64,000 nucleotides of DNA from NCBI GenBank assembly GCA_965237415.1, contig CBDEFM010000002.1, positions 1,664,001-1,728,000 of the forward strand, read 5' to 3'. Position 1 is the stretch's first letter. Every line of letters begins with the position of its first letter. Made by a program: the position numbers and the translations under genes. This DNA comes from Alphaproteobacteria bacterium. GTDB lineage: Bacteria > Pseudomonadota > Alphaproteobacteria > UBA828. Below are positions 18,159 through 29,550 of the stretch, in pieces. The notes beneath the pieces were generated by a model. The model made no database searches and was not told where the DNA came from. It saw nothing but the letters and a program-made list of their open reading frames with translations.

Positions 18159-18969
18159 ACCTTATTTGAGACGCGATTTCACGGCACGCCCCAGAAACCC
18201 ACCGGACAATTGGCCCTCTCGCCAATCGCGCACCGACGGTGCTGAGACCGCCTATGGGCCCCGTTCCTCGGCTACACCGATGATCGCGAGTAACGCGTCA
18301 CGGTCGGTGCCGCAAGTCGCGAACCTTGCGTTTAGGCATCGATGAAGCCAGGAGCCGCCGACCGAGGATCCCATCAAGCTCCAAGTCATCAACGCGACGT
18401 CCATGGCAAGGGCGCCTACTCAAGGATGTCTCTATGCATGTCGTAGAGGATTTCGCCCGGATCACCGGGCAGCGTCTCGACCCTATCGAAGATCAGGGGC
18501 AGCGTCGACCTAAGCAGCTCCTCAAGAACGGGCTAGTAGAGTTCGCCTAGCGAGGTCGGGAAATCGGCTGGTTTGTAGGCCGGGTCGTGCAGATCCCAGG
18601 GACGGGCCCGGATTCCCGATGCGAACCAGCCTTATGGGGTATCGAAGGAGGGGCAGCAATCGGGCACGCGGAAGTGCGTCCCCGCGACCGTGCCGGCGGC
18701 TTCATCCCAAATGATTGTGCGGAGCTCGTCACTGCGCTTTCCGTCCGGGAGAATGATCACATTGACAGCCAAGACAACGATTGTGGCCTCGCTTCAGCCC
18801 GTCGTCCGCTGCCCGTCGAATTGCCGCCGCTGTCACCATCGCGCCAACCGTGAGAGGCATGCTTCCACCGCCCGGTTTCGGGAGATGCCCGATCCGGCAT
18901 CCGAGGGTCTGACCACCGAAATGCCGAATTCATACACATCCAAACACCCCACTGGTGTCGCACCTACAT

Positions 18970-19203
18970 GATCGGAAGGACACCATCGGGTTCGCGATCA
19001 TCCTCACCGCCGGGCTCAGCTTCGTCGGCGCAGGCGTCCGCCCGCCCACGCCTGAATGGGGCAGCATGATCGCGATCGGCGCGCAGCAGCTGATCCTGGG
19101 CGAGTGGTGGCCCTCGGTCTTTCCCGGCGCCGCCATTTCGCTGACGGTGCTGGGCTACGCCTTCGTCGGCCACACCATCGAAGCAGAGTTCCGCGAGACA
19201 TGA
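18970..19203 (+). pseudogene. C-terminal fragment of a DppC-type ABC permease
   Basis: AIILTAGLSFVGAGVRPPTPEWGSMI...WWPSVFPGAAI is the typical DppC end; the N-terminal part is absent. Confidence 0.85.
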
Positions 19204-21155
19204 GCGCCGAGGCACTGCATGCCGATTCGGGAGGCGACGACATCCTCTCGGTGCGCGGCCTCACGGTGGCGTTCGCCGGGAGCGAGGGCACTGAGCACGT
19301 CGCGGTGAACGACTTTTCCCTCACCATCGGCGCCGGCGAGTTCGTCGGCGTCATGGGCGAGCCGGGCTGCGGCAAGTCGACGGCGGCGATTGGCATGATG
19401 GGCCTGGTGCGCCCACCCGGCCGCATCGTCTCGGGCGAGGTGCACTATCTCGGGCGCGACATGCTGGCCATGAATGATGCGGAGCTCGATGCGATCCGCG
19501 GCAAGGACATCGGCCTGATCGTGCAGAGCCCGCGCACCTCGCTCCATCCCATGCTGACGGTCGGCCGCCAGATCGAGAACGTCTACCTTGCGCACAACCG
19601 CGTGAGCCGCAAGGCAGCCCGCGCCAGGGCCATCGAGATGCTGCAGCTCGTCGGCATCAACGACCCCGAGCGGCGGGTGAAATCCTATCCTCACGAGCTC
19701 TCCACAGGCATGACCCAGCGCGTACTGATCGCCATGGCCATGAGCTCCGGCCCGAGGCTCCTGATCGCGGACGAGCCGACCAGCGGCCTCGACGTCACGA
19801 TCCAGGCGCAGTTCCTCGATCAGATGTGGGAGACGGCGAACCGCCTCGAATATATCGAGGTCGTCGCCGGGTTCTCGGCGATGGGCGCGGCGGTCGCCAC
19901 GATCAACACACGACTCGCGGCGAACGAGCTCGAGGCGATCTGCCGCGATTGCGGGCCGCGCGTGCTGGTGGTCGATCAGGCCTGCGAGGAACTCGCCCGG
20001 AGCGCCGCGCTGGACGGGATCGAGCGCGTGCTGGTGATCGGCGGCAGTTACGACGAGTGGCTCGCCCGCGCGACACCCGAAGAGCCGGACGAGACGCCGG
20101 AAGAGTGGCAACCCTTCGCCATCTCCTACACCTCGGGCACCACGGGCACGGCGAAGGGCATCGTGCTCTCCCACCGCTCGCGGGTCCTCTCATGCTTCGG
20201 CATGGCGGCGGAATATGGCTGCTACGGGCCGGACGACACCCACCTTGCGTTCGCGCCGCTGTTCCACGGCGGCGGCTTCGTCTTCGCGCTGGCCGCCGTC
20301 TTCTTCGGGGGCTTCTGCGAGCTGCTGCCCCGGTTCGACCCGGAGGCGGTGATGAAGCGACTCTGCGACGGCCGCTTCACCGGCACGTTCATGGTGCCGA
20401 CGCACTTCCACGCCATCCTTAACCTGGGCGAGGGTGTTCTCGCGGGCTACCGCGACCACGGGCTGACAGCGCTGGTCTCCAACGCGGCGCCTCTGCCGCA
20501 AGTCACCAAGGAGAAGATCGTCGCCCAGTTCGGCGAGGGCGTGCTGCACGAAACCTACGGATCGACCGAGGCCGGCATCGTCACCAACCTGCGACCGCCC
20601 GATCAGCTCCGCAAGAAGAGCTGCGTCGGGCTCCCCTTCGTCGGCAACCGCATCCACCTGCTCGACGACGAGGGGAAGGAGGCCGCACCCGGCGAGGTAG
20701 GCGAGCTCTTCAGCACCTCGCCCTATCTCTTCAACGGCTACTGGAACAAGCCGGATGAGACCACGGCGACGATGCGGGACGGCTGGGTCTCGGCCGGCGA
20801 CATGGCGCGGCGCGACGAGGAAGGCTACCTCTATATCGTCGACCGCAGGAAGGACATGATCATCTCCGGCGGGGTCAACGTCTATCCGCGCGAAGTGGAG
20901 GACGCGCTCTCGCGGCATCCGGCGGTGCGCGAGGTGGCCGTGGTCGGCGTGCCGGACGAGTATTGGGGCGAGCGGATCAAGGCGTTCGTCGTCCCGCTGG
21001 CGAACGCGCAGCCCTTGCCCGAGGAACTGATCGCCTACGGCAAGGAGAACCTTGCCGGCTTCAAGGTCCCCAAAGAGGTCGATTTCATCGACGCGCTGCC
21101 GCGCAATCCGGGCGGCAAGGTACTGAAGCGGGTGCTCAGGGAGACGGGCGCGTGA
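19200..21155 (+). CDS. Chimeric ORF: DppD-type ABC ATPase N-part fused in frame to an N-truncated acyl-CoA synthetase
   Basis: [34 protein letters not shown], then NRLEY..., [45 protein letters not shown]. Confidence 0.8.
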   Translation: MSAEALHADSGGDDILSVRGLTVAFAGSEGTEHVAVNDFSLTIGAGEFVGVMGEPGCGKSTAAIGMMGLVRPPGRIVSGEVHYLGRDMLAMNDAELDAIRGKDIGLIVQSPRTSLHPMLTVGRQIENVYLAHNRVSRKAARARAIEMLQLVGINDPERRVKSYPHELSTGMTQRVLIAMAMSSGPRLLIADEPTSGLDVTIQAQFLDQMWETANRLEYIEVVAGFSAMGAAVATINTRLAANELEAICRDCGPRVLVVDQACEELARSAALDGIERVLVIGGSYDEWLARATPEEPDETPEEWQPFAISYTSGTTGTAKGIVLSHRSRVLSCFGMAAEYGCYGPDDTHLAFAPLFHGGGFVFALAAVFFGGFCELLPRFDPEAVMKRLCDGRFTGTFMVPTHFHAILNLGEGVLAGYRDHGLTALVSNAAPLPQVTKEKIVAQFGEGVLHETYGSTEAGIVTNLRPPDQLRKKSCVGLPFVGNRIHLLDDEGKEAAPGEVGELFSTSPYLFNGYWNKPDETTATMRDGWVSAGDMARRDEEGYLYIVDRRKDMIISGGVNVYPREVEDALSRHPAVREVAVVGVPDEYWGERIKAFVVPLANAQPLPEELIAYGKENLAGFKVPKEVDFIDALPRNPGGKVLKRVLRETGA

Positions 21156-24100
21156 GCGGCGGCACCGACACGATCGAGCATCGTTTCGTCGCTTACGGCG
21201 AGCGCCGGGTCATGGTGCGCCGCGCCGGCAGCGGCCCGCCGGTCGTGCTGCTCCATGAATCGCCCCGCTCGTCGGCGGCGTTCATCCCCATGATCGAGGC
21301 GCTGGCCGAGCGCTTCACCGTCATCGCGCCCGACACGCCCGGGTATGGCGGCTCCGATCCTCTGGAGCTGCACCGGCCACAGATCGCCGACTACGCCGAC
21401 GCGCTCAAGGAGGTGGTGGACGCCCTCGGCCTGGAGCGCGCAGCCCTCTTCGGCCGTCACACCGGTGCCGCCATCGCGATCGAGTTCGCGAACCGCTATC
21501 CGGCGCAAGTCAGCGGCGTCGTGCTGGAAGGCTGCCCGGCCTTCACGCCTGAGGAGATGGAAGAGCTCGTGGCGAGCTACCTGCCGCCCTTCCGCCCAGT
21601 CTGGGACGGCGGCCATGTCGCCTGGCTCTGGTCCCGCATCCGTGACCAGTTCCGCTTCTTCCCCTGGAACCGCCAGGGGCCCGCGTCAAGGCTCGCCATC
21701 GACATGCCCCCCGACCCTCGATACTGAATCGGATCGCCACGGACCTCCTGCTGGCCGGCGACGGCTACCGAGTCGCCTATGAGGCGGCGTTCCGCTACGA
21801 CGGCGCCGCGGCCGCGGCGGCCGCGCGCGTGCCGGCCCACTACATGGCGACCGAGACCGACGTCCTCTTCCCCCACCTCGACCGCCTTCATTCGCTCCCG
21901 GACAACGCGGAGATCCACCGACTGACGGACGCGGAGCGGTTGACCGCGATCGGCGACTTGCTGAGCGCCTGCGCCGCCGGGTTGGCGCCGGCACCGCCGC
22001 CGCCGAAGGAGGCGGGCACGCGCCGCTTCGTCCAGGTGGACGGCACATCGCTCATGGTCCGACAGTGGGGCAGCGACGGCGCGCGGCCGCTGCTGCTCGT
22101 CGCCGATCTGCCGGGATCCACGCAAGGCCTCGGCCCCATCGCCGCCCATCTGGCGAAGGGGCGCCGGGTCATCGCCATCGATCCCCCCGGCCACGGCCTC
22201 TCCTCCCCCCGCTCCGGCCGGCACGACCGACGGCGGTGTCGAGAGCGTGGCCCGCGCGGTGGCATCCCTTGGGCTCGGGCAGATCGCTGTCGCCGGCATC
22301 AACAGCGGCGCATGCTGGGCCGCGCACCTCGCCGCGCACCTCGGGGCAGGCTGCGGCCGTCTGGTTCTGATCGACCCGCCGACCGACCCCGCGGCCCTCT
22401 CCGACCGGCTGCCCGCAACCGCGCTTGCGCCCTGCTGGAGCGGCGCTCATCTGCTCACCACCTGGCACCTGGCGCGCGAGTCCTTGCTCTACAGGCCCTG
22501 GTTCACGCCCACGAATGGCGCGCGGATACCGGTCGAGATCGGGTTCGACGTGGACCTCCTGCATCAGCGCTTCGTCGATACGGTCATCGCCGGCGAAGCC
22601 TTCCCCGAGACAGTGCAGGCGGTGTGCGAACAGCCATGGCCGGCCATGCTCGCGCCGCTGGCGGGACGGGTCGCGGTGGTGACCGGCGAAGGAATGCCGG
22701 ACGCGGCGGAACGCACCTACTACGCCCACGACATCGCAGGCCCGGCGTCGCACGCGCCCGAGCTCGTCGTGCGCCCGCCGAGCGTGGGCGCGACCGTCGC
22801 CTGCGTCGCCGCGATCACCGGTGCGGGCCATGCGCTCACCGTGCGGGGCGGCGGCCATTCCTACACGGGCGGGTACGGACCCACACGGCCTGGCACGGTC
22901 ATCCTCGACATGAGCGCGCTCGACCGGGTGGTCGAGATCGACGAGGCCGATGGCTGGGTGACCACCGAGGCCGGCTGCACCTGGCGCACGCTCCACGACG
23001 CGCTTGCGGCGGTGGGCCGCCGCACCCCGTTCTTCGGTCCTCTCTCCGGCATTGTCGCGACGGTCGGCGGTGCCGCATCGCAGAACGCAGCGTTCTTCGG
23101 CTCGGCGCGGCACGGCCCGATGTCGGCGAGCGTGCTGGGCCTCGACGTGGTGACAGCAGACGGCACCCTGATACGGCTCGGGAGCGTCGGCGATAAGGGG
23201 TTCGCTCGGGACTTCGGGCCCGATCCCGTGGGGCTCTTCTTAGGCGACAGCGGCGCCTTCGGCGTGAAGGTACGCATCACCATGAGGCTCGTTGCCCTGC
23301 CCGCGGCGGTCCGCTTCGCCTCGTTTGCGTTCGAGAGCTTCGAGGCCGTGATCGATGCGCAGATCGCCTTGGCGGGCTTCGACGCGATCGCCGAGAGCTA
23401 TGGCTTCGATGCCGAGACTCACGAGAACCTGCGCCGCGCCGGCTTCACCATCGGCGAGGGGGCGGCGGCGCTCCGTGACGTTGCGCAGGCCGAGCGCGGG
23501 CGCGCCAGCGGCATTGCGGCGGCGGTCAGGACCGCGGCAGGGATCCGGCGCGCCGTAGGCGAAACGCGCAACTCGCTTCACCTCGTGATCGAGGGCGCGA
23601 GCGAAGCGGCGGCGGTCGAGGCCGCCGACGCGATCGCCGCCTGCGCCGGTCGCCACGGCGGCACCGAGATTCCAGACACGATCCCCCGCATCACCCGGTC
23701 GCGGCCCTTCCGCCCACTAAGATCGCTGCTCGGTCCCGACGGCGAGGCCTGGCTGCCGATGCACGGCCTGCTCCCGCTTTCCCGTGCACGCGCCGGCTTG
23801 CAGGCGGCAGAAGACCGCCTCGCGGCCCATGAGGCCGAGATGCGCACGCTCGGTATCCGTGTCACGCGGCTGACGACCATGGTCGGCGACCGGCTGCTGC
23901 TGGAGCCGCAGTTCTTCTGGCCGGATGCCCTCTCGCCCTTCCATCTGCGCGCCGTCACCGACGCGCAAAGGGCGCACTTCGGGGATCGGGCGCCCAACGA
24001 GGCTGTGCGGGCACGGGTTCACGCCTTGCGCGCGTCCCTGGTCGAGGCGCTCGCGGCCCACGGCGCGACCCACTACCAGATCGGCACATACTATCCCTAC

Positions 24101-24199
24101 CTGGAGCGTATCGATCCGGGTCAGCGCGCACTCATCGAGTCGGTCAAGCGGGCGCTCGACCCGAAAAACCTGATGAGCCCTGGCGCGCTCGGGCTCTGA
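21152..24199 (+). pseudogene. Tandem alpha/beta hydrolase domains running into an FAD-linked oxidase (GlcD/VAO-like); frameshifts near 21710 and 22205
   Basis: LLHESPRSS, PDTPGYGGSD, GRHTGA; second domain IDPPGHGLS, GINSGA; oxidase VRGGGHSYTGG, ATVGG, GDSGAFG, LDPKNLMSPG. Confidence 0.75.
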
Positions 24200-24403
24200 C
24201 ACACCGGCGATAAAATCAATTCAACTGGAGACAAGGCCGGACATCATCTAACATCCCCATAACGCGGGGCACCCTGAGGGGCTGATCAGGGTCTTGGGCG
24301 CCATACTGCCAACCCGGACTTCGCCCCTGGTCAGGCCACCTCGGTGTCCGGCACATTTGCGGACAACGTCGCGCCGGCATCGGTGCGAAGCAAGGGGAAT
24401 GCA

Positions 24404-25984
24404 ATGACCATCGAGCAGAAATTGCGGGAAATGGCGACGAAGAGCGGCATCACCCGTCGCGGGTTCATGCAGCGGGCGCTGGCCTTGGGTGCCACGATGG
24501 CGCTCGCGACGACCCTCGCCGACCAAGCCTTTGCGGAAGCGAAGCAGGGAGGCCGCTTCCGTTGCGGACTGGGTCACGGAGCGACCTCGGATTCGCTGGA
24601 TCCGGCGACGTTCCTCGACCTCTACATGCAGACCGTGAACGCGTCCTCACGGAACAACCTGACGGAGATCGCCCAGGACGGCAGTCTGATCCCCGAATTG
24701 GCCGAGGGAATCGACACCGCCGACGCCATGACGTGGAAGTTCACCCTGCGCCAGGGCGTCACGTTCCACAACGGCAAGACAATGGACGCGAACGACGTCG
24801 TGGCGTCGCTCAACCACCATCGCGGCGAGGATTCGAAATCGCCTGCCAAGGAGCTGCTCAAGGCCGTCGTCGACATGCAGTCGGACGGTGCCAACGCGGT
24901 CGTCATCACCCTAAGCGAGGGCAACGCCGACTTCCCGGTCGTCTTGAGCGACTACCACATACCGATCATGCCGGCGGACGGCGACGGGGTGGACTGGCAG
25001 TCCGGCACCGGCACCGGCGCCTACGTGCTCGAGAGCTTCGAGCCCGGCGTGCGCACCACGCTGAAGCGCAACCCCAATTTCTTCAAGACCGGGTTCGGGC
25101 ACTTCGACGAGGTGGAGATCATCACCGTCGCCGACGTGGCGGCGCGCACCAACGCGCTGACCACCGGCGAGATCGACGCCATGGACCGGGTCGATCTCAA
25201 GACCGCGCACCTCCTCGAACGCCAGGAAGGCGTCAGGCTGGTCGAGACAAGCGGCACGCAGCACTTCACCTTCACGATGCGCTGCGACACGCCGCCCTTC
25301 GACAACGTCGACGTGCGGCTGGCGCTGAAGCACGCCATCGATCGCGACGCCATCGTCAGGACGATACTGCGCGGTCACGGCACCCTCGGCAACGACCATC
25401 CGATCAGCCGGTCCAACCGCTATCACGCGGGCAACCTGGAGCAGCGCGCCTATGACCCGGACAAGGCCATGCACCACCTCAAGAAGGCGGGCATGGAGGG
25501 TCTGTCCATCGACCTGAGCGCCGCTGATGCGGCGTTTGCGGGCGCGGTCGATGCCGCGGTGCTCTACAAGGAGCACGCGGCCGCAGCCGGCATCAACATC
25601 AACGTGGTCCGCGAGCCGAACGACGGCTATTGGTCCAACGTGTGGATGGTCAAGCCCTACTGCGCCGTGTACTGGGGCGGCCGGCCGACCGAGGACTGGA
25701 TGTTCTCGACCGCCTATGCGGCGGACGCGGCGTGGAACGACAGCTTCTGGAAGCACGACCAGTTCAACCAGTTGCTGCTCGCGGCCAGGTCCGAGCTGGA
25801 CGAGGCGAAGCGGCGGAGCATGTACGAGGAGATGCAGTCGATCGTCAGCGACGACGGCGGCGTTCTCATCCCCATGTTCGCCAACTACGTCATGGGGCTC
25901 TCCGATAAGATCGGCCACGGGCAGATGGCGGCGAACTGGGCGATGGACGGCTTCAAGTGCGCGGAGCGCTGGTGGTTCGTCTAG
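24404..25984 (+). CDS. Peptide/nickel ABC transporter substrate-binding protein with Tat signal
   Basis: TRRGFM twin-arginine motif, LRQGVTFHNG, GTGAY, PFDNVDVRLALK, ERWWF. Confidence 0.92.
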   Translation: MTIEQKLREMATKSGITRRGFMQRALALGATMALATTLADQAFAEAKQGGRFRCGLGHGATSDSLDPATFLDLYMQTVNASSRNNLTEIAQDGSLIPELAEGIDTADAMTWKFTLRQGVTFHNGKTMDANDVVASLNHHRGEDSKSPAKELLKAVVDMQSDGANAVVITLSEGNADFPVVLSDYHIPIMPADGDGVDWQSGTGTGAYVLESFEPGVRTTLKRNPNFFKTGFGHFDEVEIITVADVAARTNALTTGEIDAMDRVDLKTAHLLERQEGVRLVETSGTQHFTFTMRCDTPPFDNVDVRLALKHAIDRDAIVRTILRGHGTLGNDHPISRSNRYHAGNLEQRAYDPDKAMHHLKKAGMEGLSIDLSAADAAFAGAVDAAVLYKEHAAAAGININVVREPNDGYWSNVWMVKPYCAVYWGGRPTEDWMFSTAYAADAAWNDSFWKHDQFNQLLLAARSELDEAKRRSMYEEMQSIVSDDGGVLIPMFANYVMGLSDKIGHGQMAANWAMDGFKCAERWWFV

Positions 25985-26007
25985 GCTAGTCGTCGCCGCA
26001 TGGCGGC

Positions 26008-26964
26008 ATGAGCCAAATTCTTATCATGGTGGCCCAGCGCTTTGCGCTGGGCCTCCTCACCCTTTTTGCCGTCTCACTGATCATCTTCCTCGGTGTCGAG
26101 CTGCTACCGGGAGACATCGCCCAGGCCCTCCTGGGCCAAGGAGCGACCGAGGAAACGGTCGCCGCGTTTCGCAGAGAGTTGGGGCTCGACCTCCCGCCGC
26201 ACGAGCGCTACATCGCCTGGCTCGGCGGCATGGTGCAGGGCGATTTCGGCCAATCTCTCGCCAACAAGCGCGAGATTGCCGAACTCATCGGCGTGCGGCT
26301 GGGGAACACGCTGTTCCTCGCCTTCATCGCCGCAGTCATCTCGATTCCCCTGGCGCTCGGCTTGGGGATTCTGGCGGCGCTCTACCGCAACACCCTCTAC
26401 GACCGCGCGGTCAACGTCCTCACGCTGTCCTCGATTTCCTTTCCCGAGTTTTTCGTCGCCTACATCCTGATCCTCGTTCTGGCGGTCCAGCTCGGGTGGT
26501 TCCCGAGCATCTCAAACATCGGCCAGGAGCTTGGGTTTTGGGAGCGGGTCTACCGTACCGTCCTCCCGGCGCTGACGCTGACGCTCGTGGTGGTCGCACA
26601 CATGATGCGGATGACACGTGCGGCGATCATCAACTTGTTGGCGAGCCCCTATATCGAGATGGCGACTCTCAAGGGGCTCTCGCGGGGGCACATCATCGTC
26701 AAGCACGCGCTCCCCAACGCGCTCGCACCGATCATCAACGTGGTGGTCATCAACCTCGCGTACCTGGTGGTGGGCGTGGTGATCGTCGAGGTTGTCTTCG
26801 TCTATCCGGGGCTGGGGCAGCTGCTCATCGACGCCGTGCGTGCGCGCGACCTTCCGGTGGTGCAGGCCACGGGTCTGCTCTTCGCCGCCGCTTACATCCT
26901 GCTCAACCTGACCGCGGACGTGCTGTCGATCATGACGAATCCGCGGCTCTTGCATCCGCGATAG
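26008..26964 (+). CDS. Peptide ABC permease DppB-like
   Basis: GDFGQSL, HALPNALAP, EVVFVYPGLG, RDLPVVQ. Confidence 0.92.
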   Translation: MSQILIMVAQRFALGLLTLFAVSLIIFLGVELLPGDIAQALLGQGATEETVAAFRRELGLDLPPHERYIAWLGGMVQGDFGQSLANKREIAELIGVRLGNTLFLAFIAAVISIPLALGLGILAALYRNTLYDRAVNVLTLSSISFPEFFVAYILILVLAVQLGWFPSISNIGQELGFWERVYRTVLPALTLTLVVVAHMMRMTRAAIINLLASPYIEMATLKGLSRGHIIVKHALPNALAPIINVVVINLAYLVVGVVIVEVVFVYPGLGQLLIDAVRARDLPVVQATGLLFAAAYILLNLTADVLSIMTNPRLLHPR

Positions 26965-26986
26965 GGAGAGCGGCAAGGCGACAGCG

Positions 26987-27817
26987 ATGCGGGAAGCCCT
27001 CAAAATTCTTCTAAAGTCGCCGTGGAGCGCCCGGTTCGGGATTCTCGTCGTTACCTTCTACGTGTTCGTCGCGATCTTCGGGCCCGTGCTGACGCCTTAT
27101 GGCGAATCCGAAATCGTCGGTTTCGAATACGAGCCCTGGGGCGCCGAGTTCCTGCTCGGCACCGACAATCTGGGTCGGGACATGCTGACCCGCCTCATCT
27201 ACGGCGCCCGCAACACCATCGGCATCGCCTTCCTCACGACCGTGCTGGCGTTCTTCGTCGGCTGCGTGGCGGGCTTTCTGGCAGCAACGGTGGGCGGCTG
27301 GACCGAGCAGGCGATCAGCCGTTTCAACGACATCCTGATGGCGATCCCGCAGCTCATCTTCGCACTGCTGATCCTCACCATCGCCGGCACGTCGGTCCCG
27401 GTGCTGATCGTGGTCATTGCCGTGCTCGACTCCACCCGCGTCTACCGCCTGGCGCGGGCAGTCGCGATGAACATCGTGGTCATGGACTATGTGGAGGTCG
27501 CGCGCCTTAGGGGCGAGGGGCTATGGTGGATTATGCGGAGCGAGGTGCTTCCCAATGCGCTGCCGCCGCTTATCGCCGAGTTCGGGTTGCGATTCTGCTT
27601 CGTCTTCCTGCTGCTCAGCGCGCTCAGCTTCCTCGGCCTCGGCATCCAGCCGCCCACGGCCGATTGGGGCAGCATGGTGCGCGACAACGCCACCCTGATC
27701 ACGTTCGGCGACTTCACGCCCATCCTGCCGGCGGCGTCCATCGCGCTGCTCACCATCGGCGTGAACTTCATCGTCGACTGGCTCCTCCACAAATCGTCCG
27801 GGCTCAAGGATGCATAG
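26987..27817 (+). CDS. Peptide ABC permease DppC-like
   Basis: LGTDNLGRD, LSFLGLGIQPPTADWG. Confidence 0.92.
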   Translation: MREALKILLKSPWSARFGILVVTFYVFVAIFGPVLTPYGESEIVGFEYEPWGAEFLLGTDNLGRDMLTRLIYGARNTIGIAFLTTVLAFFVGCVAGFLAATVGGWTEQAISRFNDILMAIPQLIFALLILTIAGTSVPVLIVVIAVLDSTRVYRLARAVAMNIVVMDYVEVARLRGEGLWWIMRSEVLPNALPPLIAEFGLRFCFVFLLLSALSFLGLGIQPPTADWGSMVRDNATLITFGDFTPILPAASIALLTIGVNFIVDWLLHKSSGLKDA

Positions 27818-29501
27818 CGGGGAAACATCCGGCGGCCCCCGCGAGCCCCTGCTCACGATGACGGGGCTGCGCATCGAAGGGCAGGCCGACGACGAGTGGC
27901 ACGAGATCGTGCACGGCGTCGACGTGGTGCTTCACCGTGGCGAAATCTTGGGGCTGATCGGCGAGTCAGGCGCCGGCAAGTCCACCATCGGGCTCGCGGC
28001 CATGGGCTACGCCCGGCCGGGCTGCCTGCTCACCGGCGGCGATATCGTGTTCGACGGCGTGGAGCTGCGCGGTGCCCCGCGGGATCACACGCGGGCCCTG
28101 CGGGGCGCGCGCATCGCCTATGTCGCCCAGAGCGCGGCGGCCGCCTTCAATCCGGCGCACCGGCTGATCGACCAGTTCTCCGAGGCGCCGGTGCGTCACA
28201 AGGTCAAATCCCGCGCCGCGGCGGAAACAGACGCCAAGGACCTCTACAAGCGGCTTCAGTTACCCGAGCCCGAGAAGATCGGCTACCGCTATCCGCACCA
28301 GGTCTCCGGCGGCCAGCTTCAGCGCGCGATGGTCGCCATGGCCATGTCATGCCGCCCCGACCTCATCGTCTTCGACGAGCCGACGACGGCGCTCGACGTC
28401 ACCACCCAGATCGAGGTGCTCGCCGCGATCAAGGACGTGGTCAGGCAGTTCAATACGGCCGCCATCTATATCAGCCACGATCTCGCAGTCGTCGCCCAGA
28501 TGGCCGACCGCATCATGGTGCTGCGCCACGGCAACCTTGTGGAAGAAGGAACGGCCGACCGCATCGTCAATCACCCGACGCAGGACTACACGCAGAAGCT
28601 TCTCGCCGTACGCTCCTACCGCAAGCCCACCGCAGAGCCCCCGGCGGAGGAGCCGCTGTTGCGCGTAGACGGCGTGTCCGCGCGCTACAGGCGATCCGCG
28701 CGTGTCCTGGAGAGCATCGATCTCGCAATCGGCCGGCAACGCACGGTCGCGATCGTGGGCGAGTCGGGCAGCGGCAAGAGCACGTTGGCGCGCGTCGTCA
28801 CCGGATTGCTGCCGCCGGAGGAAGGCAAGCTCGTCTTCGACGGCGAGGCGCTGGCACCCGCGCTCGCGCGACGGCCGCGCGAACAACTTCGTCGTCTGCA
28901 AATGATCCATCAGATGCCGGACACGGCATTGAACCCGCGCCACCGCACGCGCGACGTCATCGGCCGGCCGCTCACGTTCTATTCCGGATTGCGCGGACGC
29001 AAACGCGAGGACCGGGTGCGCGAGCTCCTGGACATGGTCGAGCTCGATCCCGACGAATTCATCGACCGCTACCCGGCCGAGCTTTCGGGCGGTCAGAAGC
29101 AGCGGGTGTGCATCGCCCGCGCTCTGGCTGCTCAGCCGGACCTGATCATCTGCGACGAGGTGACCTCGGCGCTCGACCAGCTGGTTGCCGAGCGAGTCCT
29201 GCAGCTCCTGCAGCGCCTTCAGGACGACCTGGGCGTTTCCTACATGTTCATCACCCACGACTTCGCCACGGTGCGGGCCATTTCCGACGAGATCGTGGTC
29301 ATGTTCCAGGGGCGCATCGTCGAACAAGGCGCGAGGAACGAGGTGCTGACGCCGCCGCATCACGCGTACACGGATCTGCTGCTCTCGTCGGTGCCGGAAA
29401 TGAAGATCGGCTGGCTCGACCAGACGCTGGCCGGGCGGGGGGAGCGCCAGGCGGGTGGCGATGAGGTTTTAAAGAAAGGCGTGCCGCCCGCTCATGGTTA
29501 A
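27810..29501 (+). CDS. Peptide ABC transporter ATP-binding protein with two NBDs
   Basis: Two Walker A motifs (GESGAGKST, GESGSGKST) and two signature motifs. Confidence 0.93.
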   Translation: MHSGETSGGPREPLLTMTGLRIEGQADDEWHEIVHGVDVVLHRGEILGLIGESGAGKSTIGLAAMGYARPGCLLTGGDIVFDGVELRGAPRDHTRALRGARIAYVAQSAAAAFNPAHRLIDQFSEAPVRHKVKSRAAAETDAKDLYKRLQLPEPEKIGYRYPHQVSGGQLQRAMVAMAMSCRPDLIVFDEPTTALDVTTQIEVLAAIKDVVRQFNTAAIYISHDLAVVAQMADRIMVLRHGNLVEEGTADRIVNHPTQDYTQKLLAVRSYRKPTAEPPAEEPLLRVDGVSARYRRSARVLESIDLAIGRQRTVAIVGESGSGKSTLARVVTGLLPPEEGKLVFDGEALAPALARRPREQLRRLQMIHQMPDTALNPRHRTRDVIGRPLTFYSGLRGRKREDRVRELLDMVELDPDEFIDRYPAELSGGQKQRVCIARALAAQPDLIICDEVTSALDQLVAERVLQLLQRLQDDLGVSYMFITHDFATVRAISDEIVVMFQGRIVEQGARNEVLTPPHHAYTDLLLSSVPEMKIGWLDQTLAGRGERQAGGDEVLKKGVPPAHG

Positions 29502-29550
29502 TATGACTCGGCCAGTCTGATTGGCCGTGTTTGTAGAAGGAGGTCTCGCC

